Source of the DNA: Verrucomicrobiota bacterium
Lineage (GTDB): Bacteria; Verrucomicrobiota; Verrucomicrobiia; JAWXBN01
DNA: 64,000 nucleotides
NCBI GenBank assembly: GCA_034440155.1
Contig: JAWXBN010000053.1
Location: 20,031 to 84,030 of the forward strand
Reading direction: 5' to 3'
The translations under genes and the position numbers were made by a program. The number at the start of each line of letters is the position of its first letter. Within the stretch, counting starts at the first letter, position 1. The notes beneath the pieces were generated by a model. It was not told the DNA's origin. It saw only the letters and a program-made list of their open reading frames with translations, and made no database searches. Positions 40,241 through 48,846 of this stretch are shown piece by piece.

Positions 40241-43200
40241 ATGATCCTGCGCAAACTTGTCGAATGGTGTTTAAACAACCGGTTTCTGGTTCTCGCTTTT
40301 TATCTAGGCATCACCGGGACCGGCATCTGGTCCATGTACAATACACCCATTGATGCGATTCCTGATCTGAGTGAGAATCAAGTGATTGTTTTTACGGAAT
40401 GGCCGGGGCGCTCAGCCAGCGAGATCGAGGATCAAATCACTTATCCTCTCTCCACAGCCATGCAGGGACTCGCTGGGGTAAAAACCGTCAGGGCCTCCTC
40501 GGCTTTCGGTTTTTCCATGCTCACGATTATCTTTAATGACAATGTAAATGTTTATTTTGCCCGAGCACGGATTCTTGAGAGGCTCAATTCCCTCCCCATG
40601 AAACTCCCGGAAGGAGTCACCCCCAGCCTCGGGCCAGACGCCACCGGGCTCGGATGGGTGTATCAATATTATCTCGATGACTCGGAAGCCCGGCGCACGG
40701 GCAAGAATATCGACTTGGGACAATTACGAGCTATTCAAGACTGGCTGGTCAGGTACCAGCTTAACTCTGTCCCCGGCGTGGCGGAAGTAGCCAGTATCGG
40801 GGGATTTGTCCGCCAATACCAAGTAGATATCGACCCAAACCGTTTGCGCGCCTATAACCTCAATCTCCCTCAAGTCATCCAAGCCATCTCGGGATCAAAC
40901 CGGAATGTCGGTGGGGGAATCATTGAAAAGGGCGGACGCGAATTCACCGTCCGCGGCTTGGCACTCATAGAAAGTATCGATGATTTGAATAACATCCTTG
41001 TTGGATATTCAAACAACCAACCCATCCGGCTCAATGATGTCGCCATTATCGGGATGGGACCTGAACCCCGCCGCGGGGTACTGGATAAAAACGGGAAGGA
41101 AGTCGTCGGGGGCACTGTGGTGATGCGTTATGGCGAAAGCACCCGTGATGTGATTGCCCGAGTGAAAACCAAGATTGCAGAAATCCAACCAGCCTTGCCG
41201 GAAGGGGTTGTGATCAAATCATTTTATGATCGTAGCGAGCTCATCGAACGGGCCATTGACACATTACGGGTCACTTTGATCGAAGAAGTCATACTGGTGA
41301 TCCTTGCTCATATCATTTTCCTCTGGCATTTCAGGAGTATCCTGATCGTAACAATCCCCCTGCCCCTCTCCATCCTGATTTCATTTATCCTGATGCAGTG
41401 TTTCGGGATCACATCGAATATCATGAGCTTGGCTGGAATCGCGATCGCCATCGGTGTCCTCGTTGATGCCGGAATCGTCATGACAGAAGCCGTGCTGCGT
41501 GAGGCACATAATGTGCAGGAAGGTAAAGTACCCGGATTAAAGTATCCTGAAGACCTCAAAGAAATCGTCTTGCGTGCCACGTCCACGGTCGGCCGCCCCA
41601 TATTCTTTTCAATGGCGATCATCATCCTGGCATTTGTTCCTGTATTCGCGATGGGTGGGCAGGAAGGGAAACTTTTCCACCCCTTGGCATTTACAAAAAC
41701 TTTTGCCATGGTCGGGGCTACACTTTTATCGATTACTTTTGTCCCTGTCCTGTGTTCCCTCTTCGTCAGAGGCCATCTTCATGACGAGAATGACAACCTC
41801 CTGATGAGGTTATTAATGAAAATTTATCTGCCCGTTTTAAAGTGGGCCTTGAACCACAGGGCTTTGGTTATTTTATCAGCTGCGGGCATTCTGGCCTTTT
41901 CACTTTTATTTCTTGCCCCCCGGATGGGAAAGGAATTTATGCCCCCCCTCAACGAACGGGCCTTTATTTTTATGCCGACAACCCTGCCTAGCGCCTCGGT
42001 CAGTGAAATCAAACGGACCATGTCCGCCCAGAACATCATCCTCTCTCAAATCCCAGAGGTCGAAAGTGTGGTGGGTAAACTCGGCCGCGCAGAGACGGCC
42101 ACTGACCCGGCGCCGATATCCATGATTGAAACCACGATCATGCTCAAGCCCCCTGAAAAGTGGCGCAAAGGCATGACCATGGAAAAACTCCGAGCAGAGA
42201 TGCTTGAAAAGATGCAAGCCTTCCCGGGATTCACACCGGCCTTCCTCCAGCCGATTCAAAACCGGGTCCTCATGCTCTCGACAGGGATCCGTACCCAAAT
42301 CGGCGTCAAAATCTTCGGGGACAACATCGAAACCCTGCAACATCTTGCTCTTGAGGTGGAAAAGGCTCTGGGAACGGTGAATGGCGTTACAGACCTTTAT
42401 GCGGAAAGGGTCACAGGGGCCCCCTATCTGGAGATCGACCTGCGCCCGGCGGATGCTGCCCGTTATGGGGTGCCTGTTGCAGATGCCCTCGAGGTGATTG
42501 AAACTGCTCTGGGAGGCCGGACGATTACGACAACGATTGAAGGGCGTAAACGTTTTCCCGTCCGCTTGAGGTATGCGCGTGAGTTACGTGATTCCCCTGA
42601 TCAAATCCGGCGCATTCTGGTTAACTCCATGGACGGGACATCACTTCCCCTAGAGAAAATCGCGGATATCCGGATCGTTCCCGGCCCGTCCATGATCTCC
42701 AGTGAAAACGGGTTATTACGCATCTATGTCCAATGTAATGTCAGGAATCGTGATCTGGGATCTTTTGTTGATGAAGGGAAAAGAGTGGTGACTCAACAAG
42801 TAAAACTCCCTCCCGGCTATTATGTTTCATGGAGTGGGGAATACGAAAACCAGATCCGGGCTAAAAAAACGCTTCAACTGGTTTTTCCGATTGTTATCGC
42901 TGTTATTTTTATCCTTCTTTATATCACTTACCATTCCGCCATTGAAGCCGCCCATGTCCTTTTGGCTGTCCCATTCGCATTATCTGGTGGGATTATCCTC
43001 CAATACCTGATGGGATATAATTTCAGTGTTGCCGTGTGGGTCGGTTATATCGCCCTATTCGGTACCGCCGTGCAGACCGGGGTCGTCATGGTTTTATACC
43101 TGGAAGAATCCCTTAAAAGAAAGCAACTGGAAAGAGGATCGGCGTTCAATCTTGAAGATTTGAAAGCCTCAGTCATTGAGGGTGCTGCCCTGCGCCTGCG

Positions 43201-43417
43201 CCCGAAGGTCATGACGGTGGCCACCATTCTAGCCTCTTTAAGCTTTATCATGATTCCGGCACTGAGCGGGAATAGGACCGGGATAGAAATCATGCGTCCG
43301 ATCGCAGTCCCTGTCATTGGCGGAATGGTGAGCAGTCTGCTCCATATCCTGATCGTGACACCCGTCATCTTTCTTTGGCTCAGGGAAATAGCTTTTAGGA
43401 GAGGACAGAAAAAATAG
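40241..43417 (+). CDS. heavy-metal efflux RND transporter (CusA/CzcA family)
   Basis: 1058 aa, 12 TM, two large periplasmic loops. HME-RND conserved blocks (IIFLWHFRS, GIAIAIGVLVDAGIVMTE). Confidence 0.9.
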   Translation: MILRKLVEWCLNNRFLVLAFYLGITGTGIWSMYNTPIDAIPDLSENQVIVFTEWPGRSASEIEDQITYPLSTAMQGLAGVKTVRASSAFGFSMLTIIFNDNVNVYFARARILERLNSLPMKLPEGVTPSLGPDATGLGWVYQYYLDDSEARRTGKNIDLGQLRAIQDWLVRYQLNSVPGVAEVASIGGFVRQYQVDIDPNRLRAYNLNLPQVIQAISGSNRNVGGGIIEKGGREFTVRGLALIESIDDLNNILVGYSNNQPIRLNDVAIIGMGPEPRRGVLDKNGKEVVGGTVVMRYGESTRDVIARVKTKIAEIQPALPEGVVIKSFYDRSELIERAIDTLRVTLIEEVILVILAHIIFLWHFRSILIVTIPLPLSILISFILMQCFGITSNIMSLAGIAIAIGVLVDAGIVMTEAVLREAHNVQEGKVPGLKYPEDLKEIVLRATSTVGRPIFFSMAIIILAFVPVFAMGGQEGKLFHPLAFTKTFAMVGATLLSITFVPVLCSLFVRGHLHDENDNLLMRLLMKIYLPVLKWALNHRALVILSAAGILAFSLLFLAPRMGKEFMPPLNERAFIFMPTTLPSASVSEIKRTMSAQNIILSQIPEVESVVGKLGRAETATDPAPISMIETTIMLKPPEKWRKGMTMEKLRAEMLEKMQAFPGFTPAFLQPIQNRVLMLSTGIRTQIGVKIFGDNIETLQHLALEVEKALGTVNGVTDLYAERVTGAPYLEIDLRPADAARYGVPVADALEVIETALGGRTITTTIEGRKRFPVRLRYARELRDSPDQIRRILVNSMDGTSLPLEKIADIRIVPGPSMISSENGLLRIYVQCNVRNRDLGSFVDEGKRVVTQQVKLPPGYYVSWSGEYENQIRAKKTLQLVFPIVIAVIFILLYITYHSAIEAAHVLLAVPFALSGGIILQYLMGYNFSVAVWVGYIALFGTAVQTGVVMVLYLEESLKRKQLERGSAFNLEDLKASVIEGAALRLRPKVMTVATILASLSFIMIPALSGNRTGIEIMRPIAVPVIGGMVSSLLHILIVTPVIFLWLREIAFRRGQKK

Positions 43418-43426
43418 GCATCTTCC

Positions 43427-44545
43427 TTACCTCGAAGCTGGAGGATTACAAAGGGGCAGATGGATGCAAAAAGTCGATCCCCTGCCGGGAAAACTCTCGA
43501 GTCGGATAGATCCATGATATTTCTGGATGATATTATAAACGTAATATAACCCCAGCCCCGTCCCTCGTCCGACTTCTTTAGTTGTAAAAAACGGATCGAA
43601 TATTTTCTGGTGTAAATCTAAGGGAATTCCCGCGCCGTTATCATTAATACACACGGAGACATTATTATCCGACCTCTCCACACTCACATTAATCTGGCCG
43701 GTTCCGGTAATGGCTTCCTCAGCATTGAGGAGAAGATTGATAAAAAGCTGGAGAAGCTCAGAACGTGAAGCCTCTATCCAATACCTATCAGCCTTCATGG
43801 TGACATCCATTTTAATGCGGGAGGAAAGGCCCGGACGGATCAGATTCTCCACTTGGCAAAGGACCTCCCCCATTTCCAAGATTTCAAGCTCCGTTTCTTT
43901 TTGGTGGGCATAATTCACCATATTGCGGGTGATTTCCGAAGCGTGACGGATGGATTTCTCTATTTGATTGAGATAAATCACAGCATTGGGGACACTCTGA
44001 ATTTCCTCTTGTAGTTTATTTGTGAGGGCCAAAATCGTCATCATGAGGTTGTTAAAATTATGGGCGACACCTGCAGCAAGTGTCCCGACAGCCTCCATTT
44101 TTTGGGAATGATAAAGTTGATCATCAAGTTTTTCATTTTTTTGAAGTGATTCTTTGAGGACAGTCATGTCTCGGTGGATCACAAGCAACCTGTCGAAACC
44201 TACTTGACCTTTCAACGGGATCTTTACGGTATCAAACCAAATCTTCTTCCCTTGCAAATCATGCCTGACATATAAATCAAAGTGAACGGGCTTTCCCCCT
44301 TTGATGATTTCATTATCTTGTTCCAACCACTCCAGAAACTGTTTTCTACCTACATAGGGCTCAACTGTTTTCCCAATCATGTCTTGAGGCCTTTGATTAT
44401 AGAGTGCAGCATCATTTTGATTGATATAGATGAAGCGGCCTTCCAGATCCTTCACGCAAATATAGGCCAAATCAGAATCCAATACCTCGCGCATGATCTC
44501 ATTGTCTTTATAAATCTGGAGATAGTTATCAGTATCAAAGGTCAT
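43427..44545 (-). CDS. cytoplasmic PAS-domain sensor histidine kinase (orphan)
   Basis: 372 aa. PAS region, H-box GVAHNFNNLMMTI, HATPase G-boxes (GTGLGLYYVYNI). No TM and no adjacent response regulator. Confidence 0.75.
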   Translation of the reverse strand: MTFDTDNYLQIYKDNEIMREVLDSDLAYICVKDLEGRFIYINQNDAALYNQRPQDMIGKTVEPYVGRKQFLEWLEQDNEIIKGGKPVHFDLYVRHDLQGKKIWFDTVKIPLKGQVGFDRLLVIHRDMTVLKESLQKNEKLDDQLYHSQKMEAVGTLAAGVAHNFNNLMMTILALTNKLQEEIQSVPNAVIYLNQIEKSIRHASEITRNMVNYAHQKETELEILEMGEVLCQVENLIRPGLSSRIKMDVTMKADRYWIEASRSELLQLFINLLLNAEEAITGTGQINVSVERSDNNVSVCINDNGAGIPLDLHQKIFDPFFTTKEVGRGTGLGLYYVYNIIQKYHGSIRLESFPGRGSTFCIHLPLCNPPASR

Positions 44546-44789
44546 AAAAATATATTAAGGAATAGTTTGATATGATCTTAAGCCTCTATGGATCTTAAGC
44601 GGGGGCATATTTTCAATAAATTCACTAATTATCAAGTCATTTTAATTTATAAGCTAAATTACTATATATTTATTATAATCAATATTACGACTCAACAGAA
44701 AAATGTCCTTAACTAATGAAATCCCCCTCAATTCACCCACTCGAAATCCCGAAGAGCCAATAAAATACTATTTAAATCGAAAAATCTTT

Positions 44790-45100
44790 TCAGAAAACTG
44801 TATAACGGGAGGTTCGCCCTGCCTATCACAAAACCGATGACCGGATCCGCAAGTCACGCGTTCCTTTGCACCTTGGCCTATTACCTTTAATGGCTTCGCC
44901 AATAAGCGGCTGAAAGGCTTCTTCACCCCCGATGGAACCAACAAACACCGCCAGTGGACCATGCGCAATGTCATCGAACGCCTCGGGGGCCATCCGCCGT
45001 GAACGCATTGTCATGGCCGACGTCGAGTTTGAGAAAGTCACCACCCATCAATATGACCAGCAAAGAATCCTCGACGCTCTCAAGATAAGACTGTAGCCAT
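44790..45100 (+). pseudogene. possible decayed transposase C-terminal fragment (IS4/IS5-like ...IERxFG... tail), frameshifted
   Basis: Own translation in two frames: ...TNKHRQWTMRNVIERLGGHPP* and ...RRERIVMADVEFEKVTTHQYDQQRILDALKIRL*. Local GC is higher than the surrounding AT-rich intergenic DNA. No intact ORF. Confidence 0.25.
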
Positions 45101-45374
45101 CTTTGTGAAATAAGAATTCATCCCATCTTCCTCGATTATAATAACTTGCACTAAAACTTTAAAAAAAATGTGCGTGAGGGCAAAATTTGTTAGTTGACGC
45201 TAACATTTCTTTATACTAAATACCCTTCGCTATGTTTTACATAAAAAAACGGTTAAGACATTCACTCCACCTAAAACTCACTATTGATAGGTACAAATAT
45301 TAATCGCAATTTACTTGCGTTTAATAAAAGGAATCATTTTAGTGACGAAACTTATGTTGAAAACTATTATCTAT

Positions 45375-46760
45375 ATGAAACAATTATTACTCATAACAAT
45401 CCTCTCTCTTGCGTGGCCTTTTTTGACCAGTGCTGCTGACACATCCAAATCAATCGAGGGTTCCCCTGTGATGAGTCAACAATCACAATCCATCTGGGAA
45501 AGGGATTATCTCCTCGGGGACTGGTGCGGGGCACGTCCGGATTTAAATAATAAAGGGGTCACGATCAGCCTGGATTATACGGCTGAGGTCTGGGGATTTG
45601 TTGATGGAGGGCTGGACCGCGGTTCTTTATATCAAGGCCTTTTTGAAGGTGGCCTTGACTTTGATTTTGAAAAGATGATGGGCTGGAAAGGCGGAAGCAT
45701 GAGGGTTAATGCCCTGATCCCCCAAAATTCCAATAACAATGGCCCGACATTTTTTACGGGTAGTGGATTTGACTCCAGCAATATCTCGGCCAATGACACA
45801 GCACGACTTTTTGAACTGTGGCTCCAGCAAGATTTTCTGGATGATAAACTATCCCTGCGGGCCGGACAACTTGCTGCGGATGACGAATTTTTCCTCAGTG
45901 AAACAGCCGGTCTATTCCTTGGCGCAAACTACGGCTGGGGTAATAATCTTGCATCCAATATTCCCAATGGCGGGCCAGCATACCCAGTAGCAGGGCTGGG
46001 AGTACGCGTCAAAGTCCAGCCGGTGGAACAATTTTATGTCATGAGCGCCCTATTCCAAGGTGATGTCGGTGACCAAGCTACAAACAATCAACATGGTACA
46101 TACTGGGATCTCGGCGGGGACCAAGGGATTTTCTCCATCAATGAAATGGGTTACCTCCTGAACCAAGAAGAAAATGCGAAAGGATTACCGGGCTCCTATA
46201 AATTTGGAGGATGGGCACATACCGGTGACTTCTCTAGTTTTCTATATGATGACACAGGCCTCTCGTTGGCAGACCCGGCTTCCAGTGGTATCCCGGCTCT
46301 CAATCACGGCACCTGGGGACTTTACTTTATCGCAAACCAAATGGTTTACCGGAAGAAAGAAGGGACCGACCAAGGCCTCTCAGTCTTCTGGCGCATCGCG
46401 GGAGGACCTGATAACACCAGCACGATTCCCTTCTACACCGACTTTGGAGCTTCCTACAAAGGCTTGATCCCCTGCCGGAGTGATGACACCATCGGAGTCT
46501 CTTTTGGAGTGGAAGGATATTCGGATGATTTAGCCACCACGGGCGACCAGAGGAATTCATTGAATGGTACGAATGAACCTGTTGTGGGTAATGAAGCCAT
46601 CATTGAAGCTACCTACCAGATCCAACTCGCCCCATGGTGGTATCTCCAGCCCGACATCCAATACATCATTAATCCTGCCGGTGGTGCATTAAATCCGAAT
46701 ACCGGTGGAAAAATCCAGAATGCCGTCGTAATCGGACTGCGCACGGGTTTGACCTTCTAA
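45375..46760 (+). CDS. OprB-family carbohydrate-selective porin-like outer-membrane protein
   Basis: Signal peptide MKQLLLITILSLAWPFLTSAA, then a beta-barrel-type sequence ending ...GLRTGLTF. Overall length and G/D/N/Y-rich pattern resemble OprB-like porins. Confidence 0.5.
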   Translation: MKQLLLITILSLAWPFLTSAADTSKSIEGSPVMSQQSQSIWERDYLLGDWCGARPDLNNKGVTISLDYTAEVWGFVDGGLDRGSLYQGLFEGGLDFDFEKMMGWKGGSMRVNALIPQNSNNNGPTFFTGSGFDSSNISANDTARLFELWLQQDFLDDKLSLRAGQLAADDEFFLSETAGLFLGANYGWGNNLASNIPNGGPAYPVAGLGVRVKVQPVEQFYVMSALFQGDVGDQATNNQHGTYWDLGGDQGIFSINEMGYLLNQEENAKGLPGSYKFGGWAHTGDFSSFLYDDTGLSLADPASSGIPALNHGTWGLYFIANQMVYRKKEGTDQGLSVFWRIAGGPDNTSTIPFYTDFGASYKGLIPCRSDDTIGVSFGVEGYSDDLATTGDQRNSLNGTNEPVVGNEAIIEATYQIQLAPWWYLQPDIQYIINPAGGALNPNTGGKIQNAVVIGLRTGLTF

Positions 46761-46833
46761 GCTGAAACGAAAGTTCCATTTTAAAACGTATTTGAGACAG
46801 AAAAAGGTGTCATCATGAATGAAGTTTACGCTT

Positions 46834-47487
46834 TTAACCTATCCATTTCTCCGTCATTACGAGATCTTTTAACGGAAGCCTTTTGCCCCAACCTATTGTT
46901 TCGAGCATGGGTTTGTCCTCGAACTCTTCTGGGTATCCCACGCACAAGTAAGCGATAAGCTGGACGGAGGGTGGCAGTTCCAAAATCGATTCGATCTGGC
47001 CTTGGGGCAAAATGCTCACCCACCCGACCCCGACTCCTTCCGCACGGGCGGCGAGCCAGAGATTCTGGATCGCCAGACAGACACTGTCCCTGATCGTCTG
47101 GGGAATGGTTCCTGCCCCGAGGGTGAATCGGCCCTCAGGCGGGGGTTCACACACGACAGCGAGGTTAAAATCACTTTCCATGATCCCTTCGAGCTTGAGG
47201 GAATCATAAAGTTCTTGGCGTTTTAGATCTGTTATCCGGATTTTTTGGTCGGTATTAACCCCCGAAAAAAGTTCTTTGACACGGTTCCTCGTTTCCAGGG
47301 AGCGAATCATGATAAAACGCCATGGCTGGGATAAACCGACCGAAGGTGCGGCATGAGCAGCATTTAAAATTTTCTCAACAGTCGCATCGGGGACTTTGCC
47401 CGAACGGAACTTGCGGATATCCCTGCGCGAATAGAGGACTTTATAAAAGCCTTCACGTTCTGTATCGGAAATATTGCCTTGAGCCAT
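46834..47487 (-). CDS. nitroreductase-fold protein, BluB-like (5,6-dimethylbenzimidazole synthase family)
   Basis: 217 aa. YSRRDIRKF...AAHAAPSVGLSQPWRFIMIRS...VKELF closely parallels the BluB N-terminal region. Confidence 0.55.
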   Translation of the reverse strand: MAQGNISDTEREGFYKVLYSRRDIRKFRSGKVPDATVEKILNAAHAAPSVGLSQPWRFIMIRSLETRNRVKELFSGVNTDQKIRITDLKRQELYDSLKLEGIMESDFNLAVVCEPPPEGRFTLGAGTIPQTIRDSVCLAIQNLWLAARAEGVGVGWVSILPQGQIESILELPPSVQLIAYLCVGYPEEFEDKPMLETIGWGKRLPLKDLVMTEKWIG

Positions 47488-47543
47488 AAACAGGATTCAA
47501 CGCCCAGTCCGATGGACTGTGAAGAGCAATTTGCGCAGGAAAA

Positions 47544-48668
47544 TCATTTTCCCCTCACAAGCCAAGGCCATTTTCTCATCCCTTTGGACTGCCATTTTCT
47601 CGGATCAATGCTTTTTAGATAATCATAGGCGTCAGAGATATTCGAGGGAGGAACCTCGACCCCGGTGACATTACTGGTGAAAAGGAACATTCCTTTTCCA
47701 CCATCCGTGCATTCCAGAAAATAGTCGACTTCGTCACGGACATCCTGACCTGTTCCGTAAGGTAAAGTCCGCGTGACAGACAAACCCGTCATGAATTTCG
47801 GTGTTTTTCCGGTTTTTGTCTTTTTCGAGTGGATCACCAAGGGATCAACGTTACATTCATATTGGAATCCCTGAAACCCACTGAACCCGATATCGAGAAT
47901 ATCATCAATCAAGGGCATGATGTTCCCGTCACAGTGATGGAAGAGCTGTATCCCCGCTTCAAGCAGTGGTTCAATAGAATAACGGGCATGTTTCCAATAA
48001 CGTTGTTTTAAGAAACGTGGGGAAACCATGGGTGACTTATTATCGCAAATATCGTGTCCGCAAAATAGCATGGGGATAAAGTCCATTTCTTTGAATAATT
48101 CCACAAGTTCTTTATTCTTCTCCCGAGCAATAACAGCATCCGCCCAGAAAATTTTCTCCACTTCATCTGGATATAGTCCACAAGCCTCGAGGAATGCCTT
48201 GTATCCATATTGGAAATAGAGTGCGAAATTTGCAACCGCTTCCCAATGAGTAGGAATCAATTCGATTCCCTTCATCTTGGGCAGAAACGTCTGATACCCC
48301 TTTAAACAATCCTCTTTGTACTTGCCGTATGGGAAGTCTTTGAGGACACCCTCCTCAGTGTTGGGTATTTTCTCAGCCCTTTCAAGTAGGTCTTCTGGCA
48401 TGAAATGTTCAAAATTATGCTCTTCGACACTACCCTGCCGCATTTCCTCTTCGGAATGAGGAATGATCGCTGTAAAGACGATAGCATCCACCCCGAGCCG
48501 CAAATTCGCCTCGACCACCCCCGCAAAGGCATCCTTCATAAATATATCGAGTGGCATTCCCGCAATTTGCGCAATATTGCTTGCCCCGAGATTCCATCCA
48601 CCAAACATGGGAATCCGGTCAACAGGCTCTTCATTGAGTTGTGCTAAAATTCTTTCTTTTCGAGTCAT
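47544..48668 (-). CDS. uroporphyrinogen decarboxylase (URO-D)-family protein (MtaA/CmuA-like methyltransferase fold)
   Basis: 374 aa. N-terminal ERILAQLNEEPVDRIPMF typical of the URO-D family. Confidence 0.5.
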   Translation of the reverse strand: MTRKERILAQLNEEPVDRIPMFGGWNLGASNIAQIAGMPLDIFMKDAFAGVVEANLRLGVDAIVFTAIIPHSEEEMRQGSVEEHNFEHFMPEDLLERAEKIPNTEEGVLKDFPYGKYKEDCLKGYQTFLPKMKGIELIPTHWEAVANFALYFQYGYKAFLEACGLYPDEVEKIFWADAVIAREKNKELVELFKEMDFIPMLFCGHDICDNKSPMVSPRFLKQRYWKHARYSIEPLLEAGIQLFHHCDGNIMPLIDDILDIGFSGFQGFQYECNVDPLVIHSKKTKTGKTPKFMTGLSVTRTLPYGTGQDVRDEVDYFLECTDGGKGMFLFTSNVTGVEVPPSNISDAYDYLKSIDPRKWQSKGMRKWPWLVRGK

Positions 48669-48846
48669 AGGTTTTCCTTTCCCTACATCATGTTCTAATC
48701 TGCAAAGCTTTAAAGCCAGAAGAGAAGAAATCCTTTTTTAAACCAGACGAACTTCATCCTTTCAGGAAGGTTTCCGCGCAATAAAGTCTATTTGCAAATA
48801 GTGATTATTCCCGCTTATATACTGGCCATACACTCCTTCTCTATAT

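Noticed and set aside
41906-42343. 145-aa minus-strand ORF and other short ORFs in 40.4-42.3 kb
   Set aside because: All antisense or out-of-frame within the CusA-like RND gene.
47002-47226. Three overlapping 60-75-aa ORFs near the BluB 3' end
   Set aside because: Overlap the BluB-like gene in alternate frames; no independent support.
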